DNA of 64,000 nt, taken from positions 95,234,001 to 95,298,000 of the forward strand of contig NC_087472.1 in the NCBI RefSeq assembly GCF_036321535.1, in the 5' to 3' direction. Origin of the DNA: Camelus dromedarius (lineage: Eukaryota). A model generated the notes under the pieces. The model was not told the origin of the DNA, did not search any database, and saw only the letters and a list, made by a program, of their open reading frames with translations. The stretch's first letter is position 1; each line of letters starts with the position of its first letter. Positions 63,633 to 64,000 of the stretch are shown here, one piece after another. The translations under genes and the position numbers were made by a program.

Positions 63633-63942
63633 TGTATTGGCTTCCCAGGGCTGCCCGAAAAAATTACCACAAACTGGGCAGCTTATAACAAAAGAAATGT
63701 ATTTTCTCAAACTTCTGGAGCCTCCATGTTCAAAATCAAGGTGCTCAGGTACTCCGACTGGAGGCTCTGAGGGAGGATCCTTCCTCGCCCCTTCCTAGCT
63801 TCTGGTGGTTGCTAGCAGTTCCTGGCGTGACTTGGCTTCTAGACACATCACTCCAATCTCCGCCTCTGTCCTCACCTGGCATTTTTCCCCTGTGCTGGTG
63901 TCTGTGTCCAAATTTCCCCCTTCTTATAAGAATGCCAGTCAT
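63633..63942 (-). mobile_element. MaLR LTR (MLT1C-like), interrupted by L1
   Basis: tgtattggcttcccagggctgcc...cttcctagcttctggtggttgc...ttcttataagaatgccagtcat. Confidence 0.88.
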
Positions 63943-64000
63943 ACTCAGCCATAAAAAATAACAAAATAATGCCATTTGCAGCAACATGGATGAACTTGGA
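63943..64000 (+). mobile_element. L1 3' fragment running off the window edge
   Basis: actcagccataaaaaataacaaaataatgccatttgcagcaacatggatgaacttgga. Confidence 0.85.

Noticed and set aside
135..63987. All six-frame ORFs (60-151 aa)
   Set aside because: Short, low-complexity or inside TEs; no recognisable protein; many start at non-ATG codons; consistent with chance.
1..64000. CRISPR arrays, rRNA, operons or prokaryotic systems
   Set aside because: Mammalian DNA; no repeat-spacer array or rRNA-like sequence seen.

Overview
AT-rich mammalian non-coding DNA (large intron or intergenic region), probably from a camelid: it carries several copies of a tRNA-Ala-derived SINE resembling Vic-1 and cetartiodactyl-type L1 3' ends, and I saw no Bov-tA/Bov-B or PRE-1. 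I can support no protein-coding gene; the listed ORFs are short and mostly fall in repeats. Much of the window is interspersed repeat (L1, L2, MIR, MaLR/ERVL LTRs, one ERV2-type solo LTR, MER5/MER20/MER2/MADE2/Tigger). Repeat-free islands rich in homeodomain/TALE motifs look like developmental enhancers, but that is unverified. I found no new gene system. The most unusual objects are retrotransposition products: (1) a 330-bp TSD-flanked L1 5'-end + 3'-end fusion at 40036-40365; (2) a polyadenylated PPT-U3-R ERV retrocopy at 42260-42813; (3) an internally deleted SINE; (4) twin-primed and tandem/serial insertions. Repeat family names come from my recall of consensus sequences, not a database search, and boundaries of old repeats are approximate.
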